From the IMG/VR virus record IMGVR_UViG_3300012164_000002, positions 13,745 through 77,744 of that record: 64,000 bases of DNA; one strand, given 5' to 3'. How positions within the stretch are numbered: the stretch's first letter is position 1; each line of letters starts with the position of its first letter. The translations under genes and the position numbers were made by a program. This document shows, piece after piece, positions 44,759 to 53,148 of the stretch. The notes under the pieces were generated by a model, which saw only the letters and a list, made by a program, of their open reading frames with translations, was not told the origin of the DNA and made no database searches. Origin of the DNA: a virus.

Positions 44759-46234
44759 ATGCCCAACCAGGTCGTTCTCGAGTGGGAAGTCGACGTTTCC
44801 AAGAGCACTTTCGGTCCGACAGAGGCGCAAGCCGCGCTCGCCGCGGTCGATCTCTATTCAGACCCCGTCACCGACCCTGTGCTCGGGCAGTTCTTCGGAC
44901 TCGTCGTCGCCGACGACGATACCGTCACGACTCCGACGGGCGCGGCTCGCACGCTCACGCTCAACATGACGCCCGCCGCTGGTCAAGCGCCGCCGCCGTT
45001 TCCGTGTCACCCACGAACGGCAACGCCGCCGGGCCTTCCGTACCCGCTTCTCAAAACGGTATCACTCGCCGGATCGTTCTTCGTCACGAACGGGCTTCTC
45101 ACGGTGCCGACTACGGCGACGCAAGTGCCCGCGCTCAATATCGGCGATCAGATCCAGTTCCTCTCGCAGCAAGGTGTCTTCTACCAAGTCGCGGGAGTGA
45201 CCGCGACCCAGGTGAATCTCACGGCGGCGTACACGGGCACGAGCACGAACACGCGAGCGTTCAAGGAAGTCTCCGATCCCGCCACGAAGGTCGCGGTGTA
45301 CTCGACGTCGGAGGATGACACCAACGGCGTCGCTACGGAGCCGGCAATCGCCGCCGGCTCCGGCGCGCGCACGGTGACGCTCTTCTACTTCGACTCCACC
45401 GGCGCGGGCCCGTTCAACGTGACGGTGTCGCTCACCGGGAAGCGCCCAGCAGAGTTCACGCTCGATCCCGCGAGCGTCGACGTCGACATCGTCGCGAATC
45501 TCATCGTCGCGACGGTTGGCGGGTTCGGTAACAGTGTAGGGCAGCTCACGCTCGTCGGTCTCTCGAGCGACGTCCCCGCAGTTCCCGCCGGCACGCCTCT
45601 CGGATCCGGCGCGGGCGCCATCGAAGGATCGGCGCCAGCGATCAACCTCGACAACACGTACCGCGATCTCACCGATCAGGCGCAAGCGCTCATCAATCGC
45701 TCGCTCGTCTACCTGCCGCCGTCGTACTTCGCGCTCGCCGCTCAGGGGGCCACGCTGCCCCAGCTCGAGGGCGACTTCCTCGTAACGACGGGCTCGACGA
45801 ACGTGCCGACAGTCGAGGATCAGACGGGCGTGCTCGCTGCCGGTAACACCCTCCGCTTCGCGTCGCAGTTCGGCACGCTCTACACCGTCGCCGCCGTCAC
45901 TGCGAAGGTCGTGACGCTCACGGAGGTCTATTCCGGATTGGATCGCCGCCGGTACAACGACGAGCTCCGGAAGATCGAAGGCGCCGCCGTCATCAATCAA
46001 CTGACGGGCGCCTACCGGATCTCGCCGTCGATGGCCGCGCAGCCGTCGAACGCTGCGCTCAGCGCGCCGCTCGGACAGTTCTCCGAACCGCAAGTTGCCG
46101 GGCCGCCGCCGAACCCGCCGCTCTCGCCGGCGACGGTTCCGACGCCCACGTTCCTCTCCGATCTCTTCACGCAAACGATTCAACTCAAGTTGAAGGGCGT
46201 GAAAGTCACTCCGGCGACCATCGGGTTCCTCTAA
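44759..46234 (+). CDS. beta-rich virion/spike-like protein with internal duplication
   Basis: Two copies of G.F.VT.G...VPT...Q...L..G....F.SQ.G..Y.V..VT....L...Y.G. Confidence 0.6.
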   Translation: MPNQVVLEWEVDVSKSTFGPTEAQAALAAVDLYSDPVTDPVLGQFFGLVVADDDTVTTPTGAARTLTLNMTPAAGQAPPPFPCHPRTATPPGLPYPLLKTVSLAGSFFVTNGLLTVPTTATQVPALNIGDQIQFLSQQGVFYQVAGVTATQVNLTAAYTGTSTNTRAFKEVSDPATKVAVYSTSEDDTNGVATEPAIAAGSGARTVTLFYFDSTGAGPFNVTVSLTGKRPAEFTLDPASVDVDIVANLIVATVGGFGNSVGQLTLVGLSSDVPAVPAGTPLGSGAGAIEGSAPAINLDNTYRDLTDQAQALINRSLVYLPPSYFALAAQGATLPQLEGDFLVTTGSTNVPTVEDQTGVLAAGNTLRFASQFGTLYTVAAVTAKVVTLTEVYSGLDRRRYNDELRKIEGAAVINQLTGAYRISPSMAAQPSNAALSAPLGQFSEPQVAGPPPNPPLSPATVPTPTFLSDLFTQTIQLKLKGVKVTPATIGFL

Positions 46235-46271
46235 ACCCCTTCCTATCTTGAAAGGCGCGAAAGTACACATC

Positions 46272-48098
46272 ATGAAGGCATGGCTCAAACTGATCTCACT
46301 GTCCGCTCTACTTTTCTGGTCCTGCTCTGAGTCTTCGCCGAGCAAGCAAGGCGTAGTGAGATCAGCGCTCACTTCTTACCAGCGAATAGTCGTCGACTCC
46401 GCGGGCCTCAACAACCCGTGGATGAAGAGCATCGCCGACTTCAACAACGACGGTCTGCCGGATCTCCTCGTCGCGAACGACGTGGGCGCCATCGTCTGGT
46501 ACGAGAACCCGACCTGGGTTCGCCGCGTCCTCGGTAACGGTGGCCCGAGCGACAGCGCCAGCGCCGTCGGCGACCTCGACAGGGACGGCGACATCGACGC
46601 CGTAGTCGGTCAGTTCTGGTACGAGAACGTTGGGCTCGGCTCCTCGTTCACACTTCACTGGATGAACCCGGTTGGGCTAGGCACGCACGACTCGATCATC
46701 ATCGACATCAACTACGACGGAAAGCCGGACATCGTCTCGCGCGGCGAGAGCCTGCCGGCGGTGCAGGTGTACTTGCAGACGACGTCGCCGAGCGACTACC
46801 AAGTCTTCACGCTCGAACCGGGCGTTGGACGAAACGGGCTCGCCGTCGCCGACGTGAACCGCGACGGGCGCCTGGATATCGTCGTCGGCGGCGTGTGGAT
46901 GGAATGCCCTGCGGGGGACATGGCGACGACGGCCTGGACGTCGCACACGTTCGCATCCTGGAACGACTACGCGAGCGTGCACGTAAGCGACGTGAACCGC
47001 GACGGCTTGCCGGACATCGTGCTCGGTGTCTCAGAAGCGGTCGGAGGCCTCTCCTGGTTTCAAGCCCCGTCGTGGACGGAGCACGTGATCGACACCGGCC
47101 TCACGAAAGTACACAACTTCGTGGTCGCCGACATCGACCACAACGGATCTCCGGACGTAGCGGCGAGCGAATTCGAAGGTCAGGGCAGGCTCATCCTGTA
47201 CCTGAACCAAGGAGCATCGTGGCTCGCCACCGTGCTTGGAACGGACGCGCTTCACAACCTCCGCGGCGCCGATCTCAACCACGACGGCGCTATCGACTTC
47301 TTCGGTGCGAACGCTTGGGGCCAAGCACCGGTGATCGCGTACATGAGCGATTCGTCTTCGTGCTCCGGCACTGGCGGCGCCGGCGGATCCACTGGAGGCG
47401 CGCCGTCAACGGGCGGCGCTGCAACAGGAGGCGCACCCACAGGCGGCGCGCCCACAGGTGGAGCTCCAACTGGCGGCACTTCGAGCGGGGGCGTACCGAG
47501 CGATGCATCGGCCGATGGATCGCCCGACAGCTCTTCTGGCGGAAGCGCTACAGGCGGCGCTCCGGAAACAGGGGGAGCTCCCGAGACCGGCGGCGCATCC
47601 ACTGGAGGCGCCAGCGAGACGGGCGGCGCCTCGACGGGCGGTACGACGACGATCATCATCGGCGAGCAGTCGGTCCTGTCGACGGACGATTACGGCAACG
47701 GTGGGCTCGTCGTTTCGCAGCCGGCGGATCTAAGTCAGGGCGCGACGGTGCAGAGCATCTCGTTTCATGTGAACACGGCGGCGGGCCAGCTCCGAATGGG
47801 GATCTACGACTCGAACGCCACCGGCAACCCGCAGACGCTCATGGCCGCTACGGCAGAGTTCACGCCGGTAGTCGGCTGGAACACGCAGCCCGTCGTCGCG
47901 CCGCTCTCGCTCGCTCCAGGCAAGTACTGGCTCGCCTATGCGCCGAGTTCGGACGGCTTGCACTTCGCGTCTCAACCGGGCGGGGTCAACGCCGCGTACT
48001 TCTCGCGTCCGTATCAACCGCTCCCCGCGACCTTCTCAACCTCGCCGAACTTCGTGGCGTGGCACTGGTCGTTCTACGCGACCTTGACTGCCCCCTAA
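46272..48098 (+). CDS. FG-GAP/VCBS-repeat lipoprotein with TGGAP linker and beta C-terminal domain
   Basis: Lipobox LFWSC; repeated D.N.DG..D motifs; TGGA(P/S) repeats. Confidence 0.85.
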   Translation: MKAWLKLISLSALLFWSCSESSPSKQGVVRSALTSYQRIVVDSAGLNNPWMKSIADFNNDGLPDLLVANDVGAIVWYENPTWVRRVLGNGGPSDSASAVGDLDRDGDIDAVVGQFWYENVGLGSSFTLHWMNPVGLGTHDSIIIDINYDGKPDIVSRGESLPAVQVYLQTTSPSDYQVFTLEPGVGRNGLAVADVNRDGRLDIVVGGVWMECPAGDMATTAWTSHTFASWNDYASVHVSDVNRDGLPDIVLGVSEAVGGLSWFQAPSWTEHVIDTGLTKVHNFVVADIDHNGSPDVAASEFEGQGRLILYLNQGASWLATVLGTDALHNLRGADLNHDGAIDFFGANAWGQAPVIAYMSDSSSCSGTGGAGGSTGGAPSTGGAATGGAPTGGAPTGGAPTGGTSSGGVPSDASADGSPDSSSGGSATGGAPETGGAPETGGASTGGASETGGASTGGTTTIIIGEQSVLSTDDYGNGGLVVSQPADLSQGATVQSISFHVNTAAGQLRMGIYDSNATGNPQTLMAATAEFTPVVGWNTQPVVAPLSLAPGKYWLAYAPSSDGLHFASQPGGVNAAYFSRPYQPLPATFSTSPNFVAWHWSFYATLTAP

Positions 48099-48874
48099 GC
48101 GAATCCGACGGCGCGCCGCACGGCTTGCTCGGCAGATACCGCGCCGAGCGTCCAGGCGGCGCGCCCCGGGCCGCTGCCGTTCAAGATAACGTGCAGCGTG
48201 CCGCCCTTTCCGTTCGTGACGACGAACTCGAGCACGTTCCAATCCTTTTGGACCAGATCCCCGGAGTTCATTCGAACGAGACTCGAGCTCAGGAAGATGG
48301 TGTAGACGTCGTGTTGTTCGACGAACTGCCGCTGGATCCTTTCGACGATCTTTCTGAGCTCTTCGGAGTCCGGGACCAGGTAGGCATACCGACTCGGAGG
48401 CTTTTGACCTACTTCTGCGCATGCGGCTGAGAAGTAGCCCTCCTTGCGATAGCGCTCGTTCTCTCGCCGTCGTTCCCCGTGCCGCTGCTCCTCGCGACGG
48501 CGATCCTCAGCCGCCTTTCGCATGCGCTCCTCGACCGCTTCGCGCGCTCTCTTGGCGTCCTTCGCCGCGAGAAGCTTCTTACACGTAGCGTTGCAAGCGC
48601 AGAGTCCCCACGACGGCCGCCATGCGGTGCGCTGGCCGCAGCCTTTGCAGCAGTGTATCTCGAGCCGGTCGTGCGCGACGTAGTTCGGAAGCGTCTCGGT
48701 CGGATAGCTTTGAACGATCGCTTGATCGTACTCGTCATCGCGCCACCCGACCAGGTACTGCAACGGCTCCTCCGGCTCTCGCTCTACCGCCCGACCGAAC
48801 TCAGCTTCGAGCGCGCTCAAGACATCGGCCTCGAGCGCGCTCGTCTGCTCTTCAGTCCATAGCGTTCGGACCAA
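48095..48874 (-). CDS. hypothetical protein with Zn finger and coiled coil
   Basis: CKGC..CAC..C; 259 aa. Confidence 0.6.
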   Translation of the reverse strand: MVRTLWTEEQTSALEADVLSALEAEFGRAVEREPEEPLQYLVGWRDDEYDQAIVQSYPTETLPNYVAHDRLEIHCCKGCGQRTAWRPSWGLCACNATCKKLLAAKDAKRAREAVEERMRKAAEDRRREEQRHGERRRENERYRKEGYFSAACAEVGQKPPSRYAYLVPDSEELRKIVERIQRQFVEQHDVYTIFLSSSLVRMNSGDLVQKDWNVLEFVVTNGKGGTLHVILNGSGPGRAAWTLGAVSAEQAVRRAVGFA

Positions 48875-48922
48875 TTCGTATTGGCACCGAATCGCGCGGC
48901 GGGTGAGTCGATCGACCGTGGA

Positions 48923-49774
48923 CTACTCCTTCCAGCTTTCCGGGAACAAGTTCGGCGCGTGATCTAGACACACGCGCTTCCACTTCTTAGCGAGCCGTTG
49001 GTACTCGAGGTCGGCGAACTCGTTGGCGCGCTCCTTGAACATCTTCTGGAGCGCGATGGGGTTCGACGTCCAGATAAACGACGTCTCACACGAGTGGGAG
49101 AGATACGGCGAGGCGCTCTCGAAGATGCGCTTCCGATCCATCCCCTTCGGCGGCGCGCTGTAAGCTTCCTCGAAGTGCGCCGTCCGCCGGCGGATGTAAT
49201 CGAGATATTCCCGGTAGTTTCGCCCCATCGCGGACTTGAAGTAGCTGAGCTCGTCGGCGTTATCGATGATCGCCGGGTGCGCGATGTAGCACCCCGCGTG
49301 CTCGACGTACCTGGTCGACTCTTGCGACGGCGATCCTTCCTCGGTGCGATCGGCGCCGACGTAGTGCCGAATGATCTCGTGCGACACGCGCCGCGACACG
49401 CCGCCGATGAAGAACGTCATCTTCGCGTGGTACATGATGCTCGCGTGCGGGATATCGCCGACTTGCGTTTGCGCGATGTACTCGCGGTTCGTCTTCCGCC
49501 CCGCTTTGAGCCCGAAGCTGTTGTAACACTTGCGTCCGGCGAGCTCGACCAGGAGCTCGTTCGGGCTGAGGACTCTGTCAGCCTCGCGCATGCTGTGCGG
49601 GAAGAGCGTCTTCCAACGGCCGCTGTCCTCGATGTTGAACTCGTCCGGTAGGCAGTCCGGCGCGCGATCACGCACCCACTCCGCCATCTGGTTGAGCCCA
49701 TCGGGGATGAGCATCATCTGTGCAATGCACGTTACGGTCGGTTCACTGGTTAGAATTCGCGCTTGTCGTTCCAC
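48923..49774 (-). CDS. thyX: flavin-dependent thymidylate synthase
   Basis: ELAGRKCY, HASIMYH, GVSRRVSHEIIRH..SQESTRYV. Confidence 0.85.
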   Translation of the reverse strand: MERQARILTSEPTVTCIAQMMLIPDGLNQMAEWVRDRAPDCLPDEFNIEDSGRWKTLFPHSMREADRVLSPNELLVELAGRKCYNSFGLKAGRKTNREYIAQTQVGDIPHASIMYHAKMTFFIGGVSRRVSHEIIRHYVGADRTEEGSPSQESTRYVEHAGCYIAHPAIIDNADELSYFKSAMGRNYREYLDYIRRRTAHFEEAYSAPPKGMDRKRIFESASPYLSHSCETSFIWTSNPIALQKMFKERANEFADLEYQRLAKKWKRVCLDHAPNLFPESWKE

Positions 49775-49796
49775 TTTCCTGTTTCCTTTCTTGTTG

Positions 49797-50030
49797 TCAT
49801 CGCCGCCTCTCAGCTTTCTTGTCGGCCATCGTGGCCCCTTTCTCAGTGAGCACGACCTTAGTTGGCGGGCCGCCTTCGTACAGCGGAATAATATTCACGA
49901 TGCCGTTCTCGACGAGCTGGTCAAGATACTCGCGTGTGACGCCTAGCATCTCGACGGTTGGGAGGTATCCGTTCTTCCGGTAGTAGTGCCGCACGAACGC
50001 GCACACTTCGTAAGCATCGGGCTCGTTCAT
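49797..50030 (-). CDS. LexA-like winged-helix protein
   Basis: FVRHYYRKNGYLPTVEML..L...G. Confidence 0.55.
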   Translation of the reverse strand: MNEPDAYEVCAFVRHYYRKNGYLPTVEMLGVTREYLDQLVENGIVNIIPLYEGGPPTKVVLTEKGATMADKKAERRR

Positions 50031-50531
50031 CGCTTGCCTCCCTGAAGTAGGCGCCACACGGCGCGGAAGCACGCATCGCAGAAGTACGAGCCGATCGCAG
50101 CCTTGTGTTCCTTGCAGCGTTGGCACGTCATCGTGGCGTCCACGGCGCTGTGAAACAGGTAAGTTCCGTGCTGCGCCAAAAGTCGCCGGAGAGCACCGAT
50201 CGCATCGCATCGAAGAAGTAGCCGAGATCCATCTCGACCATCGCTCGAGTGCGTAGACTTCGGTGCGCAAGAGGCCGCCCCATATGCGGCGAGCTACGAA
50301 GACTGCCTCTTTCGGAGGGTTCTTTCTCATGCTGCGTTTCATGTCAGCCATCGTTTCAACCTGCTTTCGCTTTCTGCTCCTCGTTGAAGTCGTCGACGGC
50401 GCGGATGAGGTAGTACGCGAGCTCGTCGATCGCCTTGTCGAGCGTTCCGTCGGCTTCTTCCGCCGGCGTGAAGCTCGTGAGTATGCCCTCGGCGATCGAG
50501 CTCGCATCCGCGTCGCTCAAGCTTGCTTTGA

Positions 50532-50912
50532 TCACTTCTTCTTCGCTCCTTTCAACTGTCGGATCTGCGCGATGTGCTGTGCGATGATTGTCTTCTGCGC
50601 GCGGTTCGTCGCCTCGAGCGCGCGGTACGCGCGGAGTACGAGCATGACCATCTCGGGAATGACCGCGCCGCCTTTCTTCTCGATGTCGGTGAGGATCTCG
50701 TCGACCGTTTGCGTCGCTGGTTTTCTCGGTCGCATGTATCCCTTGGGGCGCCCCGGCTTCTTGGGCGCGCCAACGCCGGCCGCTTTCAAGCCGCTCTCGG
50801 GCATCGTCGCCGGCGGCTCCTCTTCGGCCGCCGCAACGCCCGCGTCGAACGCTGGTTTCGCAGCCTCCGGGAGAAACGAGCGCACCCCGTCTGTCTTCTT
50901 CTTAGCCTTCAC
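50532..50912 (-). CDS. hypothetical protein
   Basis: 126 aa with coiled-coil C-terminus. Confidence 0.55.
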   Translation of the reverse strand: MKAKKKTDGVRSFLPEAAKPAFDAGVAAAEEEPPATMPESGLKAAGVGAPKKPGRPKGYMRPRKPATQTVDEILTDIEKKGGAVIPEMVMLVLRAYRALEATNRAQKTIIAQHIAQIRQLKGAKKK

Positions 50913-51168
50913 CGGGAGGCTGCTCCTCTCCGCCGGACGGCCATCCCCACGGGAGGCGATAGCCGGTACCGGCGGTCAATTCTTGGTCGGACATCTCGTG
51001 TATGCCGTTGACGAGGCACGCACGCGAGCAAAGGTGATACATCACGACCCCGATCGTCACCGAGATGGGCCGCACGTTTCGCGCGTCGTATCTCACGCCG
51101 CTGTTGCTCGCGCGGTACATGAGCCGCCCGCACTGATCGCACTTCATGTCGTGGACAGCTTCGGCCAC
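50902..51168 (-). CDS. small Zn-finger protein
   Basis: CDQC..HLCS..C. Confidence 0.5.
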   Translation of the reverse strand: MAEAVHDMKCDQCGRLMYRASNSGVRYDARNVRPISVTIGVVMYHLCSRACLVNGIHEMSDQELTAGTGYRLPWGWPSGGEEQPPGEG

Positions 51169-51354
51169 CGCTTACTCCTTGATCGAGACGAGGTTCCAGC
51201 GAGTCCAGTCCTTGTCGTCCTTCGCAAGCCGCTCGACGCCGGATTCGATTGCGTTCATGAGGCGCTGCCCTTTGAGGTTCCGTTTGACGGGAACATCGAG
51301 CTTTCGGTTCTTGGCCGTGTCTTCGTAAACGAGCTCTACTACCGCAACCATTGG

Positions 51355-52089
51355 TTACTCTCCTTGTGCGGCCCACACGCAGACCGCTGTTGTGAGGCCA
51401 CATTCTAGATCTTTGAGCGTGCCGTCGTTCTCGATCACGAGGTCGAAGCGATCGTTCGGTATCTCGCCCTGTTCCGTCTCGCTCCGATGAGCGCCGGCGG
51501 CGCCGCTGAGCCCGGCGTCGGGACGGATGACGCGAATCGTGCGCGCGCCGACGACGTCGAGCCCTAGGAGCTCGTTCTCGAAGCGCACGTCGGGAATGAC
51601 GACGTCCGTTTTCCAGTTCAAGTCGCCGGGGCGCCAGTCGTGGCTGAGGCCGCCCATCGCTGAATAGTGATAGCCGCCCTCCTGGCTGAGCTTCGTCGCG
51701 ATAGTTAACGCGTACTCGACCCACGTGTCCTCGCGGCACACGCGGCCCCACTCGCTCCCTAGCTGTTGGAGCGCGAACCGGGGCGTGAGGTAACACTGAT
51801 CCCGATCTGCACTCTCGCCGCGCTTGCACTTGGCCCCGCAGCATTGGCACGTGTGCCAGCCATCGTTGTAGTCCGGCTGCCACATGTGCTTGCGCGGAAG
51901 CCGCGTGTCGGGCGCGTTCCGTGCCGCGCTCGGGCCCCATAGCTGGTCGAACGAGAAGCCGTAGACGTCCATGCAGATGCGCTTCATCGGATCGGCGAAG
52001 CTCACCTTCACGAAGTTGTGATCGCGCACGAGAAAGTCCGCGCACGTGTCTTTGCCTGAACCCGCTAGCCCCGAGATCCCGATTATCAT
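51355..52089 (-). CDS. deoxynucleoside monophosphate kinase (phage type)
   Basis: IIGISGLAGSGKDT, SFADPMK, LQQLGSEWGR, IPDVRFENE, NDGTL. Confidence 0.88.
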   Translation of the reverse strand: MIIGISGLAGSGKDTCADFLVRDHNFVKVSFADPMKRICMDVYGFSFDQLWGPSAARNAPDTRLPRKHMWQPDYNDGWHTCQCCGAKCKRGESADRDQCYLTPRFALQQLGSEWGRVCREDTWVEYALTIATKLSQEGGYHYSAMGGLSHDWRPGDLNWKTDVVIPDVRFENELLGLDVVGARTIRVIRPDAGLSGAAGAHRSETEQGEIPNDRFDLVIENDGTLKDLECGLTTAVCVWAAQGE

Positions 52090-52098
52090 GACGTTCTC

Positions 52099-53148
52099 CT
52101 ATCCAAAGTCCGACCACCTTTGCCCGACCTTCCGATCGATCGGCATTCGAAAGCTCCGCGCGCCGTCTTCAATCTTCAACGACGATCCCCATCCGTTCGC
52201 CGGAATGATGACGGGCTCTTCCCACGTCTTGTCGACGAGCTCGCAAACCTGGTCGACGTGCCGGTCAGGCACTTCCATGATGGCCGCGTCGTGCACTTGC
52301 TTGACGACGGCGGCGCCGCGCGGGAGGGCGTGCCAGATCTTCGGCAAGCGCACGTTCATCAAGCTCGCGATCCCGCCTTGGATCGGCCGGTTCGCAACGT
52401 CCGGAAAACCGGCGTGCCACCCCAACCACGAGATGCGACCTGAAAGGGCGCATCTCAAGTAGCCGTGCTTGTCGACCCAGCGCTTGTTGCCCTCGACGTA
52501 CTTGAAGTAGCCGCTGCACGTGTCGCGCACCATCTCCTGGAGCTGCACGACGTCGCGCATCTCGACGGGGAGGCCTTTCGAGCGCACGAAAGCGAACAGC
52601 GTCCCGGCCTCGGCGTAGTAGATGCATCCGAAGATGCAATTCTTCTCGACGTCGCGGAAGGGTTTGCCGGCGCCCTTCGGATCGCGGCCGATGAGCTCGG
52701 CGTCGGCGGGGAAGAGCAGCTTCGCCATCGCCGTGTGCACGTCGCCGGATTCGCACGCCTTGATGAACGTCTCGTCGCCGGAAAGGTACGCGGCGAATCG
52801 GAGCTCTGCTTGGGAGAGGTCGAAGTAGACGAGCTTGTAGCCCGGCGGCGCCACGTAGAGCTCACGCATGCGCGTCTCGAGGACGATGAACTTCTCTTTC
52901 GTCTGCGGATCGAGCAGGTACTCCGCCCGCGGGCAGCTTTGGATGCGCGACGAGTACCGACCGCTCGCCGTACCGTAAGATCGCCAGTTGAAGTGCGTGC
53001 GCGCGACGCGAACGACCGGGCCTAGAGGTGCGATTGCCTCGGCCGCCGCCGTGGCCCCGATCGCTTTCTCACGCTTCGCTCTGGGCTTCCGCACGGGCGT
53101 CCGCCGCCGGGCGCGCTTGACCGCCCGCCGGGCCGCCGCGCTAGACAT
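52099..53148 (-). CDS. family A DNA polymerase, catalytic (fingers/palm) subunit
   Basis: GTASGRYSS, DLSQAELR (motif A), KNCIFGCIY (motif B), QVHDA (motif C). Confidence 0.9.
   Translation of the reverse strand: MSSAAARRAVKRARRRTPVRKPRAKREKAIGATAAAEAIAPLGPVVRVARTHFNWRSYGTASGRYSSRIQSCPRAEYLLDPQTKEKFIVLETRMRELYVAPPGYKLVYFDLSQAELRFAAYLSGDETFIKACESGDVHTAMAKLLFPADAELIGRDPKGAGKPFRDVEKNCIFGCIYYAEAGTLFAFVRSKGLPVEMRDVVQLQEMVRDTCSGYFKYVEGNKRWVDKHGYLRCALSGRISWLGWHAGFPDVANRPIQGGIASLMNVRLPKIWHALPRGAAVVKQVHDAAIMEVPDRHVDQVCELVDKTWEEPVIIPANGWGSSLKIEDGARSFRMPIDRKVGQRWSDFG

Noticed and set aside
53040-53148. NLS-like basic stretch, poly-Arg tails and adenovirus-like features suggesting a eukaryotic host
   Set aside because: Shine-Dalgarno sites, sigma70 promoters, coupled operons, LysM, amidase, holin and lipoboxes all indicate a bacterial host.
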